Shown: positions 49,437 through 62,387, counted from the first letter of the stretch. The stretch is DNA of 64,000 nt from Takakia lepidozioides (GCA_030704615.1 CM060733.1:76508001-76572000), one strand, 5' to 3'. A program made the numbers and translations. Notes: generated from the letters alone by a model not told the origin.

Positions 49437-51002
49437 AAAGAAATTGACGACGTACGACACGTGGCGACGACACGTGGCGACGATGATGTGGCATTATGGC
49501 ACCCTATTCCTGCTCTACGCTAAACTAGCTCTCGACCTTCGGTCGTCACTAGAATATAGGACCTAGGGTTTGGGCCAGCATGGGGCCACTGAACCCTCCC
49601 TTGTCCACGCTGCTCCTGGGCACTTCCAAAACTTTCCAAAATGGCCATTAATGTTTTCCAACCTTTTCCATTGTTTTCAATACAAAATCCAAAATCTCCA
49701 AAGTCCACAACTTTGCATATCCTGATAATAATTCCCAAAATGTCCATTTAGGTTCCACAAATGTCCACAAAGGTCCACAAACACCGCATATAGGTTTAGG
49801 GATGTAAACGATTTTTTTTTCGCTCCGTTATTCTTCCCCAAGCTTACTAACAAAATGCATAGTGTGCATGCAAAGTTTCAAGTCCAACTAAAATCATGTA
49901 GACCACAAACCACATGTGGTCATTTGTGAGGGCACTCAAAACTTAGTTTTACTTCACCTTCCTACACTCTTCATGTGAAGTGTGCGAAAGTAGCAAGATG
50001 ACAAGTTCCAAAACTTTTTTTTAAAAAAAATCATAATTTTGCATGGGTGTAGTGTGATGAGTGCTAATGGTTGCACAACAAGAATGAGCCCCCAAAAAAT
50101 TAAAATCTAAGAGAAAACCTCATACAATGGAAATTTGTGGACAAGTTACTTCATCATGTGGAGGTCGAGGAACCCCATGATCATATGGATTAGAATCTCT
50201 TGCATGAGAATTTTGAGAGTTGGCCCCAACTTGGTCACCACTTTACATGAATGTCCACAAATTTCCATTGTATGAGGTTTTCTCTTAGATTTTAATTTTT
50301 TTGGGGCTCATTCTTGTTGTGCAACCATTAGCACTCATCACACTACACCCATGCAAAATTATGATTTTTAAAAAAAACAAAGTTTTGGAACTTGTCATCT
50401 TGCTACTTTCGCACACTTCACATGAAGAGTGTAGGAAGTTGAAGTAAAACTAAGTTTTGAGTGCCCTCACAAATGACCACATGTGGTTTGTGGTCTACAT
50501 GATTTTAGTTGGACTTGAAACTTTGCATGCACACTATGCATTTTGTTAGTAAGCTTGGGGAAGAAGAACGGAGCGAAAAAAAAATCGTTTACATCCCTAA
50601 ACATAGCACGTAACATACGATGTTTGTGAACATTTGTGGAACCTAAATGGACATTTTGGGAATTATTATCAAGATATGCAAAGTTGTGAACTTTGGAGAT
50701 TTTGGATTCTGTATTGAAAACAATGGAAAAGTTTGGAAAACAATGGCCACTTTGGAAAGTTTTGGATTGTGACTGTAGTGCCCGGGAGCATCGTGGACAA
50801 GGCAGGGTCCAGTGGGCCCACAATAGCCCAAACCCCAGGCCCTATATGATTTTAAATTCTAGCGACGACCGAAGGTCGGAAGCTAGTTTAGCGTAGAGCA
50901 GGAATAGGGTGCCATAGTGCCACGTTTCGTCGCCACGTCATCGTAGCCAGGTCATCATAGACACGTCATCGTAGCCAGGTCATCGTCGTCGTCAATTTCT
51001 TT
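49437..51002. repeat. Long inverted repeat (foldback): arms of about 710-750 bp, 108-bp spacer
   Basis: 49437-50143 is the reverse complement of 50252-51002, e.g. GGCACCCTATTCCTGCTCTACGCTAAACTAGCT / AGCTAGTTTAGCGTAGAGCAGGAATAGGGTGCC. Confidence 0.93.
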
Positions 51003-51325
51003 GGAATATGCCCGGACGGCCCGCGCGAAATAGGCCAATAGAAATCGCTGCGCCAACATTTTTGGAACTGCCCGCAATGCCCGGATCTTGATCTTCTTGA
51101 ACTGCAGGAGCTCTGTGTTTTCCGCCATCGTTCACCTTGCAAGCACAGGCCTGGATAGCTGAAGGAGCAGGGATCGAGTGTGGGTCCAGATTCATCCAAA
51201 AGGGCCGGATTTCAAGTCCAGATTAACTATGATTCGAAAAGAGAGGAAAAGAGGGAAAGAGAGGAGGGGGAGGGAAGGAAAGGATGGACCAATGAACACA
51301 CCAGAGATGGTCTTTGCTGTAACAG

Positions 51326-52055
51326 AGCAAATGAAAAATGTCATGAATCAAAGCGACAAACCATCCATGCTGAGGATGTGCTCAAAGCTGTTGAGGAGCT
51401 GGACCTCACCGAGTTTTGTGAGCCCTTGAGAGCTGCACTTGCCGGTGTGTATGGTTCTCTCTCTCTCTCTCTCTCTCATGATGATTTGCAGTGATGACTT
51501 AAGTGGATTATTTGAGTTTTTTGTTCTGTCTTTCCTCATGGGGCAAGGTGCCAGATCAAACTCTAGTAGAAAACCTCTTCAGGGAACACCTCAGAAGTTT
51601 GAAAAAGCCAAAAAAGTCAACAAAGGCACTAGTCTTTCTCACATTCTGTGTGTGTCTTCCCTGGCCCTTGTTGGGGTCTAATTGCTGGGCAGCTCACACA
51701 CAGCAGATTGATGCTCGTGTGAAGGGATTTCTAGGAGAACCTGGAAAGCTGTTTATACCAAGGTAAGTCCCACTACTGGAGTGAGCCCCTGACAAAGGTA
51801 GCGTCTGTTCCCTCTTGTTCTACCCAAACTGGGCGTAGGGTCTATGACAACATCATCTCATGAGTACATTCTATGTCTTCCTTTTGCATGACTTATCTAG
51901 ACTGTCTTTAAAGAACAAAGTTCTTGAGCAGTTATGGGTGCTTGCAGGCTTCAGGAAAGATAATGAGTCTAAGAAATCTGAAATGAAATGGAAAGGTGGG
52001 GTCAGAAAGAGAAAGCCTGATGGTGACACTAAAGAGGAGGAAGCAAATTCAATCG
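51326..52055 (+). pseudogene. Two captured exons of a histone-fold NF-YB-family gene (DPB4/POLE3-like)
   Basis: Exon 51326-51444 encodes ANEKCHESKRQTIHAEDVLKAVEELDLTEFCEPLRAALA. The exon from 51948 encodes FRKDNESKK...RKRK. The N-terminal half is absent. Confidence 0.75.
51680..51870 (+). mobile_element. Short 3' fragment of the same LINE family as 29228-29450
   Basis: CACACACAGCAGATTGATGCTCGTGTGAAGGGATTTCTAG...CCCCTGACA...ATGAGTACA matches the minus strand of 29228-29440. Confidence 0.75.
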
Positions 52056-52329
52056 CAGATGGTATTCTTCCTGATGTTTACAAGGTTCTTGGGAGATTCA
52101 GCTTGGTCTTAGCATGCCGTGTTTCAATCTCTGCATGCTCAGCTGCACCGTGGTGGTTCTCACAGACCAATCCGACATTACCTGACTACAGACAAAAGCA
52201 ATACACACAAGAGGTCCTTTTGGGTTGATGGTCCGTCAAATCCTCCATGGGTCATGACACAAGGTCAAGGACAATGTGGTGAGGGCACCTTCTTCTTCGA
52301 CCTATTTCAGCCTGTTTTTCTTTCTCATC

Positions 52330-55300
52330 AGACTCGGCCCTGAGATGCGTCTGATAACTGCAAGATATGATCAACATGGCTGTGGTAGGGCGGCTTGCCA
52401 GATGTATGAACACCCAACAACATTACATTCATTTCTATTCTCAATGCTTGTGCCAGCCTAGAAGCCCTGGAAAAAGGTACATAGGTCCATGTTGACATTG
52501 TGGAAGCTGGAATTGCACCAGATATCATTCTGGAGACTATCCTTGTCAATATTTATGCGCCGTGTTTCAATCTCTGCCTGCCTAGCTGCACCATTTCACT
52601 TTTCCGACCCTAGTCGATGGTGGGACAATGGAGACAAAAAGGTGAATGCCTATTGGATACAGAGAGAAACAGATGCAATTCAGAATTGGGTTGGTCAGTG
52701 TCAGTTGCTAGCAGGTCTCCATGGGCTCGTTGGGTGTATCTATGGTGGTTAGGAGTGACTTTGACAAGTTACTGCCGATGTGGCAGCAGGAAAGTATCCA
52801 AAAACAGATAACATAGATGAGGAGAAGCTTGTTGACGTTTGTTTGCATTTGCAATGCGTGTGCAAGCCTGGCAGCCCTGGAAAGGTGCAATGAGGTCCAT
52901 GGTGACATTGTCAAAGCTGATTTGTACCAGATGTCATCCTGAACACAACCCTGCTAGACATGTATGTCAAATGTGAGTGCATCGAGAATGCAAAGGGAGT
53001 TTTCGACAGTATGGCTGAAAGAAATGTGGTGTCATGGAGGGCGATGATTGCAGGATATGCACAGCAAGGGGTGGGATGGAGGCTTCGGAGACCTATGAGC
53101 AAATGATGGGGGAAAGGGTGAAGCCCGACCGCATAACGTTTGTTTGCATTTGCAATGCGTGTGCAAGCCTGGCAGCTCTGGAAAGGTGCAAAGTGGTCCA
53201 TGGTGCCATCGTCACATCTGGAATTGTACCCAATGTCATTCTGAACACTGCCCTGCTGGACATGTATGTCAAAGTGAGTGCATCGAGGATGCAAAGGAAG
53301 TTTTCGACAGTATGGCTGAAGGAGATGTGGTGTCGTGGAGGGCGATGATTGCAGAATATGCACAGCAAGGGCGCGGGATGGAGGCGTTGGAGACCTATGA
53401 GCAATTGATGTGAAGGGGTGAAGCCCAACCGCATAACATTTGTGTGCATTTGCAATGCGTGTGCAAGCCTGGCAGCTTTGGAAAGGTGCAATGAGGTCCA
53501 TGCATGTGACATCGTCAAAGCTAGATTTGTACCAGTTGTCATCCTGAACACTGCCCTGCTGGACATGTATGTCAAATGTGAGTGCATCTAGGATGCAAAG
53601 GGAGTGTTCGACAGTATGGCTGAAAGAAATGTGGTGTCGTGGAGGGCGATGATTGCAGGATATGCACAGCAAGGGGCGGGATGGAGGCTTTGGAGACCTA
53701 TGAGCAATTGATGTGCAAAAGGGTGAAGCCCAACCACATCACATTTGTTTGCGTTTGCAATGCTTGTGCAAGCCTGGCAGCCCTGGAAAGGTGCAATGAG
53801 GTCCATGGGACATCGTCAAAGCTGGATTTGTACCAGATGTCATCTTGAACACTGCCCTGCTGGACCTGTATGTCAAATGTGAGTGCATCAAGGATGCAAA
53901 GGGAGTGTTCGACAGGATGACTGAACGAAATGTGGTGTCGTGGAATTCCATGATTGCAGGATATGCCCAGCATGGTTGTCATAGGGAGGTCCTGCAACTA
54001 TTTGAAGGAATGTAAAAGAACGGCTTGAAGCCGGACAATATCACCTTTATATGTGGTCTCTCTGGGTAGATGGTCAACTGAATGTAGCAGTTGCAGCGGC
54101 ACAGTTGATGAAATCAGGCACCTCATCCATCACCACAGCTTCTGAAAGAGGATCAAGAGAGGGAGTCCACAATGCCACTTCTGGCACTTCTGGGCATGTG
54201 AAGATGCTTTGTGAGGCAGGCAGACTGAAAGAGGCTCTACAGACTTTAAACCAAGGAGGCATTTCAGCAGATTCAGAAACGTATGTCTGTCGTAGGATTT
54301 ACCAAGCACAAGTGTGGTAGGAATGCTTTGGAGACCTTTGAGCAAATGATGCATCAAGGGGTGAAGCCCAACCACATCACGTTCATTTGTGTTTGCAATG
54401 CGTGTGCAAGCCGGGGAGCTCTGGAAAAGGGGAAAGAGGTCCATGGTGACATCATCAAAGCTGGAATTGTACCAAGGTTTCAATGCGTGTGCAAACCTGG
54501 GAGCCCTGGAAAATGGGCAAGAGGTCCGTGGTGACATCATCAAAGCTGGAATTGCACCAGATTCATCTTGAACACTTCCCTGATGGACATATGCCAAATG
54601 TGGGTGGATCGAGGATGCGAAGGGAGTTTTCAACACTGTGGTTGAAAGAAATGTGGTGTCGTGGAACGCTATGCTTGCAGGGTATGCACAGCAGGGGCAC
54701 GGGATGGAGGCTTTGGAGACCTATGAACAAATGATGGGGGAAGTGGTGAAGCCCTCATGGAGTGCAATGATTGCAGGATATTAAAGTGGAGAACAGCCTT
54801 CTTGACGCCAAATGTGGGAGCGGAAAAGATGCATGTCAGGTTTTAAACAAAATGCCTGAACGAGATGTGGTCTCATGGAATGCCATGATTACAGGATATG
54901 CTGAGCATGGCTATGCTGAAGAGGCTTTCAAGATACAAGCAAATGGAACTGGACGCGATGACACCAAACAGGGTCACGTTTGTTTCTGTTGTCAATGCAT
55001 GTGCCAGTCTAGGGGCCCTGGAAAAGGGCACGCGGGTCCATACTGATATTAACAAAGCTGGGGTTGTGTCATATCTTAACTTGGACAATGCCCTTGTTAA
55101 CATGTATGCCAAATGTGGGAGTGTTCACGATGCACGTCAAGTGTTTGAAAATATGGTTCAGCAAGCATGGAATGCCATAATTGCAGGATATGCTCAGCAT
55201 GGGTGTAGTACAGAGGCCTTCCAACTATTTGAACTGATGCAGCAGGAAGGCTTGAAGCCAGATGGTATCACCTTCGTTTCTTTTCTCTCTGCTTGTAGGC

Positions 55301-58300
55301 ATGTAGGCCTGGTGGATGAAGGCCACCACTTGTTTGGTTCCATGAGTAGAGATCACGGCCTCACTCCTACAGTGGAGCATTTTTGCTGCATTGTGGACCT
55401 TCTTGGCCGTGTAGGCCGATGAGATGAGGCAGAAGAGTTCATCAACAAAATGCCAATTGAACCAGATGCTCTGGTTTGGGGGACCTTGCTTGCTGCTGCC
55501 AGAATTCATGGGGATGTGGAGGTAGCAGAACATGCAGCAAAATCTCTTCTCAAGTGCGATCCCAACCACCATGCAGCTTATGTGCTGCTATCCAACATCT
55601 ACGCCGCATCTGGCAGGTGACAATACGACACAACATGATGTGGTTTCATGGAGGACCATGATTGCAGCATATGCTCCGCATGAGTATGGCAGGGAGGCTG
55701 TTGAGATGTATGAACAAATGCAAAATAAAGGGCTAACGCCCAACAGCGTCACATTCACTTGTGTTCTCAATGCATGGCCAGCCTGGGAGCCTTGGAGAAG
55801 GGCAAAGAGGTCCATGCTGACATCATTAAATCTGGAATTGCATGCTACATAAGGAGACTACGCTTGTGGACACGTATGCAAAATGTGGGAGCATAAAGGA
55901 TGCGCGTCAAGCTTTTGACAATTGGCTAAACAAGAGATAGTATCATGGAACACCATGATCGCAGGGTGTGCTCAACATGGATGTGGCAAGGAGGCTTTCG
56001 AGATATACGAGAGATTGCAGCAAGACATGATGGAGGCTTTGGAGACCTATGAGCAAATGATGGGGGAAGTGGTGAAGCCCGACCACATCACGTTTGTGTG
56101 CGTTTGCAGTGCATATGCAAGCCTGGCAGCCCTGGAAAATGGCATGGTTGCATCGCCAAAGCTGGAATTGTACCAGATGTGGTTCTGAACAATACCCTCG
56201 TGGACATGTATGCGATGATCGGAGGATATGCTCAGCTTGGATGTGGTAAAAAGGCTTTGGAGATCTATGAGCAAAACAGAAAGGGGTTATGCCCAACCAG
56301 GTAACGGTTGTGTGCGTTCTCAATGCATGTGCCAGCCTGGTGGCTGAACGAGATGTGCTCTCGTGGAGTGCAATGATTTCAGGATATGCCCAGCATGGAG
56401 TTGGTAGGGAGGCTTTGGAGACATATGAGCGAATGATATGGGAAGGGGTGACACCAACCAGATACCTTTTGTTTCTATTTTCAACGCTTGTGCCAGCCTG
56501 GCAGCCCTGGAAAAGGCCACAGAAATCCATGCTGACATTATCAAAGCTGGAATTGAGCCAACACTCACTTTGGAAAGTACTCTTGTTGACATGTATGCCA
56601 AATGTGGGGATTTCTAGAATGCATGGCTAGTGTTTGACAATATGGTTGAACAAGATGTGGTCTCATGGAGTGCTATGATTGCAGGATATGCTCAGCACGG
56701 GTGTGGTAGGGTGGCCCTGCAACTATTGGAACAAACGCAACAGGAAGGGTTGAAGCCGAATGGTATCACTTTTATATGTGTTCTCTCTGCATGTAGCCAT
56801 GTGCGACTAGTAGATGAAGGCAGTCATTACTTTGATTCTATGAGTCAAGCTCATGGCCTGACTTCCACAGACCAGCATTTTGGTTGCATGGTGGACCTTC
56901 TAGGCCGTGCAGGGCATGTGGATGAGGCAAAGGACTTCATCAAGAAAATGCCAAGCGAACCAGCTGCTACAGTCTGGGGGACTTTGCTTGGTGCCTGCAG
57001 AATTCATGGGAATCTGGAGGTGGCAGAACATGCAGCAGAATACCTTCTTGAGTGGGATCCGCAGGATGCGGCAACGTATGTGCTTCTATCCAACGTCTAT
57101 GCTGCAGCTGGCAGGTGGGACGATGCCGCAAAGGTGAGGAGGATGATGTGGGACAGAGGTGTCAGGAGGGAGCCTGGTCAATACTGCATAGAGGTCTATA
57201 GTCAGGTACAACCGAGGCAAAAAGTTGAATCCCTGTTAGATGATAGAGAGTAGCAGACGCAATTCCGCATAGGAATTATGTGATAAGCTGAGTTGGGTGT
57301 TTCCTATAAGTGTTTTATACGCCCATGGGAATTTTCTTTGAAATGGCAGCTACAAAAGTGAATTTATAGCCTCCATTCTTCTGATTTTACTTTCTCTACT
57401 ATCCAGAAACCAATTAGAAGGTTCATGGATACAGCAGGCAAGGGTACCACCGACAGTTTGGAGGCTGTAATGGCTGCATGTGTGTGGGGAAATAGAAGGC
57501 CCTCTTGGAATAGGAGTAAGATTGACCTGCATTGGCAGCATCCGCATGCAAGTCATGCACCTTTCATGTACCCTCTTCTTCCACTACACAACATGTCCTT
57601 CAAAGAAATTCTGCTTTGATTACCCAATAACCGTGTTCTATTTGTGGATACATCTCAATGTGATCCTTCGACTTGCTCCATTTCATGCAGGATTCAGTGT
57701 GTAGCCTGCTAACAGCACCAATGGATGTGCACACAATATTGAAAGAGCAAGCCTAGTAGCCCTGGAGAAGGGCAAACAAGTCCATGCTGACATAATTAAA
57801 GCTGGATTTGTTCCAGATATCATTCTGGAGAATACCCTAGTTGATGGTACCCTGCTGGACCTGTATGTCAAATGTGAGTGCATCGAGGATGCAAAGGGAG
57901 TGTTCGACAGGATGACTGAACGAAATGTGGTGTCGTGGAATCCCATGATCTCATGATATGCCCGACATGGTTGTCATAGGGAGGTCCTGCAACTATTTGA
58001 AGGAATGCAAAAGAATGGCTTGAAGCTGGACAGTATTACCTTTATATGTGTTCTCTCTGCATGCAGCCACACTGGCCTACTGAATGAAGGAAGACGCTAC
58101 TTCGATTCCCTGAGTTAACATCATGGTGTCACTCTGCCAGTAAAGCACTTTGGCTGCATGGTGGACCTTCTGGACATGTGGGACAACTACATGAGGCAAG
58201 GTTCCTGATTAATAAAATGCAAATCAATCCAGATGTTGTGGTGTGGAATGCCTTGCTTGGTGCCTGCAGAATCCATGGCAATGTGGAGATGGCTGAATGT

Positions 58301-58345
58301 GTGGCAACATCTATCCTCAAGTGGGATGAACAAGATGCCGCGACT
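52330..58345 (+). pseudogene. Mosaic of PLS-E class PPR pseudogene fragments (three E-domain-type C-termini, no DYW)
   Basis: Many PLS triplets. ITFICVLSACSH..LVDEG / HFGCMVDLLGRAG / WGTLLGACRIHGN / YVLLSNVY occur at about 55250-55615, 56750-57210 and 58030-58355. The longest copy ends just after the PG box (REPGQYCIEV). Confidence 0.92.
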
Positions 58346-58779
58346 TATGTGTTGCTATAATTCTGGGTTTGGGTGGTGGAGCTTCTCCAAAGCTTCAAGA
58401 TGGAAGTGAATACGAATTTTAATGAGCTTAATGAGATGGGCAGTCTTGTGCACAAGTTTGTTCAGCATCTTAAATTTGGACATGTTTGTTTGTTTCTCGT
58501 TGTGTGGCTTTGGATGGAGCCCTTGACGAACTTGCATGAATATTGTCAAAAGCTAGCCTTAACCCACCAAGATCCAATCCCACGGTGGATGATTGAAAGT
58601 TCATACAGTGAATGTAAGGGTATTTCGGTATGTTGTTATTGATTGATGCGGCTTGTGAAAATTGAACATTAGAAATGCAGATCCGCCATTTTTCTTCCAG
58701 AAAAAAACAAAACAGGGGATCTCTGCATGTACCACCGAGGGGATGACCCAGCCCTTTTTTTGTGAAAAATTGACCATAG

Positions 58780-58972
58780 TTCTCAGAATTCGTCGCTAGT
58801 AGTGCGGAGCAACGCGAAGCCCTAGTAAATAACATGACACAATCATTTTGAATTGCCATTGGTAGTGTAATGGTTAGGACAGTCATAGGGGCTCCATAGG
58901 GCTAGGGGTCAAATCCTCCTGCCCGCCGTCCCCCTCAACAGTACTTGTTTTTTTCCTATTTTTGGGAATCTC
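58780..58972 (+). mobile_element. Second Helitron-like 3' end (CTAG at 58822-58825) followed by one tRNA-derived unit
   Basis: 44/46 match to the reverse complement of 25142-25187, then GGTAGTGTAATGGTTAGGACAG...GGGGTCAAATCC. Confidence 0.6.
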
Positions 58973-59581
58973 TTCTGGAATGTTGAGTCCAGCACTACCA
59001 TCACGAGAGATGTACCCAATAATTTTGGCTTACTGTCGTTGTCTGGGCCGGAGATGCATGCCTAGCTAGGATGGAGCAGAAAAGAACACTCTCCAATGTG
59101 ATCGGTGCTGGTCTCATATGTGGAGTCCACAGTAATGCTGCAAAGAAAGTAAGTTGCTGCACATCTTGAGAATTTGAAGGACAGAACTCATTAGAGTGCA
59201 CTTCCATACTCTGGTGCCCATGCACCAGAGGGAACTTGAAACACAGAACCCAGGAACCCTCATTTTGTGATAAGCAAACTTGCTCTAAATACTAGGATGA
59301 CTATAAAAATGATTGGCAGCTTGCACGTTACATGAGGGGACTGTTGCCTTACCTTAAAGGAAATGATATAAAAACCTCCAAACAACATGATCAAGTCCAG
59401 GAAAAATCTAGTTGCTCTTGGCTTTAAATGCAACTGACATAAATAAACAAGAAGAGTAAATTGCAAACTAATGCATTCTCTTTCCATAGCAGCAGCACAA
59501 TCATTCAACTCAGATGCAAGCTGTGAATTTCTAAAAAAATCTGCCCCCGTATTTATCCAAAATAAGTTGAGAACTAGCATG

Positions 59582-59731
59582 GATGGGGTTGAGCTCCTGG
59601 TCCAGCAAAACTGAAGTGTTATCCACTGCATCCCGTTGCAAATCCAATGCATATACACTTCCCAGGATGTCTGGTGTGCATACCATTTTTGCCAATATAA
59701 GTGTATCATTCCCATTGCCACATGTAGCATA
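59582..59731 (-). pseudogene. Captured fragment of a class I SAM methyltransferase (MnmM / putative rRNA methylase family)
   Basis: Manual translation gives ATCGNGNDTLILAKMVCTPDILGSVYALDLQRDAVDNTSVLLDQELNP, matching the DATxGNGxDT...VYxxDxQ..A family signature. Confidence 0.75.
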
Positions 59732-59859
59732 GTGCCTAACACACCACTTTATCCAAATGAGTTGGGTGTTTTGAGAGAACTCACCTCTGACACATTAGCC
59801 TTTGCCTCCCCAACTAACCTTTCATGTCAATCACAATAAATCCTACATGATGATGCTCA

Positions 59860-61460
59860 TCATGGCCTCAAAGCTAGTTGCTGATGATGACAGCCTAGAT
59901 TTGTTCTAGGAAACACCCAACTCAACTTCTCACACTAGTTCCTATGCTCAATTGCATCTTCTAGTACTCTCTATAATAAAACAGGCATTACCTACTTCCC
60001 AGGATTGTCCGGCCACCATTGACTGGGAAAGAAAAGTATTCATTCCACAGCTTTTCCTCATCTCTATACTTTCTTGTTGTCACATTGGCAGTATCATGTC
60101 AAAGTCACTCCAAACTATCAAAGGTTCACTCAAGCAGCTAACTTGCAAAATTCAACATGGAAACCTAGGGTCGATTCTGATAAGAAGGAGAGAAATGTGT
60201 TGAAGAAGGTGCCTTCATTAGCAGTGCCTGATTTTATCAATTCCGTCGCTGCTGCTGAGCTTCCAGTTGACCATCTACCCATGCAGGTTGCTAGTAGCTA
60301 TTGATCCATAGGGAATCATAGATAATCTGGAGCTTGAAGTCCGGCCCTCTTCAATGAATGTGGACCCACACTCTATCCCTGCTCCTTCAGCTATCCTTGC
60401 CTTTGCCCAAATCATGCATTCACCCTTGCCTTGCTGCTAGCAACTAACAATGAAAGCCTCGAATTGTTCTAGGAAGACTAGTTCCTATGCTCAATTGCAT
60501 CTTCTACTCTCTGTAATCCAAAAAGCATTCACCTTTTTGCCTTGATTGTCCCACCATTGACTGGGGTCAAAAAAGTATTCATTCCACAGCTTCTTGTGGT
60601 CTCCATTACCTGTTTCTAGATTATTTCATGTTGTCACATTGTCAAAGTCACTCCAAACTACAAAGGTTCACTCAACCAGCTAACTTGCAAAATTCAACAT
60701 GAAAATTTAGAGCCGCTACTGATAAGAGGAAAAATAGGGTGAAATGTGTTGAAGAAGGTGCCTTCATTAGCAGTGTTTGATTTTATCAATTGTGTCGCTG
60801 CTGCTGCGGCTTCCAGTTGACCATCTACCCATGGATGAATCTGGACCCACACTCTATCCCTGCTCCTTCAACTATCCATGCCTTTGCACAAATCATGCAT
60901 GCATCCTTGCTTTGCTGCTAGCAGCTGACAATGACAACCTTGAATTGCTCAAGCAAACATCCCAACCCTACCTATCACACTAGTTCCTATGCTAACTTGC
61001 GTCTGCTTCCAACATGCATTCACCTTTTTGCCTCGATTGTTCCACAACTGACTGGGTCGGAAACGTATTCATTCCAGAGCTTCTCCTCGTTTTTCGATAC
61101 TTTCCTGTTGTCACATTGGCAGTAACATGCCAAAATCACTCCAAAACCACCACAGATCGGCCACCAACGAGCTAAGAGCCCACATTTGCATAATGGACAA
61201 ACATCTTCACATCGTACCTTAATCCACACCTTGCGATTGCGGTTGTCCCACCATCGAGAAGGATCTTTATAAAACTCATGCCAGCTCTGCTCCGTGCTGC
61301 AAATTCAGGGCCGAGTCTGATGAGAGGGCAAAACAGGCTGAAATAGGTCGAAGAAGAAGGTGCCCTCACCACATTGTCCTCGACCTTGTGTCATGACCTA
61401 TGGAGGATTTGATCAATCATGAACCAAGAGGACCTCTTGTGTGTGCTGCTTGTATAGAAT
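59860..61460 (-). repeat. Tandem decayed copies of the PPR 5' leader region; 61305-61455 also matches 52190-52343 inverted
   Basis: GATGAATCTGGACCCACACTCTATCCCTGCTCCTTCA and CAGTTGACCATCTACCCATG recur (about 60265, 60355, 60815, 60833), as at 27200-27320 and 28940-29070. Confidence 0.8.
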
Positions 61461-62387
61461 AAAATCACCTTCTCGAGGCCCATCAATACAATACCATGGA
61501 AGAGGTTCTAGAGGAAACTTAGGCTTTGGCTGGAAAGGTGCATCTAAGGCATTTCCACATATGCTCAAATCTGTCATAGCAAAGAACAGAACTTCAAGTT
61601 CGACATCCTCAGCATTGAAGTATTCTTCATCGTTATCAAGAATCCGCATCGCGATGATTAAATAAAACTCACCCAGAGTACACACTCAGGCTGTATACAA
61701 CAGAGCGTACATGAGAACAGTAGAAGAGAGAGAGAGCTCAAAAGCACGCAAGTGCTTGCTGACACAGGTCGAATCGCGTTTTCACATTATTATTTAAACA
61801 AAAATAAAACAAAAAATAAAAAACCGACACATCAGCTGGTATGGTACTGTGTCGACCCAGAGTTTTCCAACGGATTATTCCATGTAGCAACGGGCCATTG
61901 TACAACATCCTCTTTTACACCTTTTTAGTAAAAGGAACCACCCCTAAAATAAAAAACACAATCCACCATGGACTTTTGCAAAAACCTCCATTTTTTGGAC
62001 ATATATTAGTCCATAGGTGTCAAATGGCAAATGATTTTGCCACTTCAAAGTTATATATATAAAAAGTTCTCCAAAATGGCTCTCTTATGTCCAAATTTCA
62101 ATGGAATTCATCAATGGCACATATACATTTTTGAGTTCCATGTGTTTTCATTCGCTGTGGAAACAGTCCACTGTTGTTGTCCTCAAAAGTCCATAGCGTT
62201 CTCATTTTTTATCGGATTGTCAATTGGATAGTTGCTATAGGTAGATATTGAAGCTAGGAATCCAATGCTATATACATTTATTGGTATTAGTGATAATATT
62301 GAAAAGTATTGAAGATGGCATCAATTGCAGTCACAAAAAACTGTGCCGATAACGTCCATTTTGGTCCAGTCAACCCTACATCCACCC

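Larger units (their letters stand above)
15341..62387. mobile_element. 47-kb TIR-bounded insertion (no cognate transposase seen) carrying cargo and nested elements
   Basis: Left end GGGTAGATGCACGGTTGAGCGGACCAAAA (15341-15369) matches the reverse complement of 62359-62387 at 24/29 positions. Flanks TTTG (15337-15340) and TTCG (62388-62391) form a 4-bp TSD with one C>T at a CpG. Removal restores ...CLDVLKP-FDDKEKKKRKVPLPRRLYLQLDN. Confidence 0.88.

Noticed and set aside
56630-57253. Intact PPR-DYW editing factor
   Set aside because: It ends just after the PG box with no HxE/CxxC/DYW, and the upstream repeats are frameshifted.
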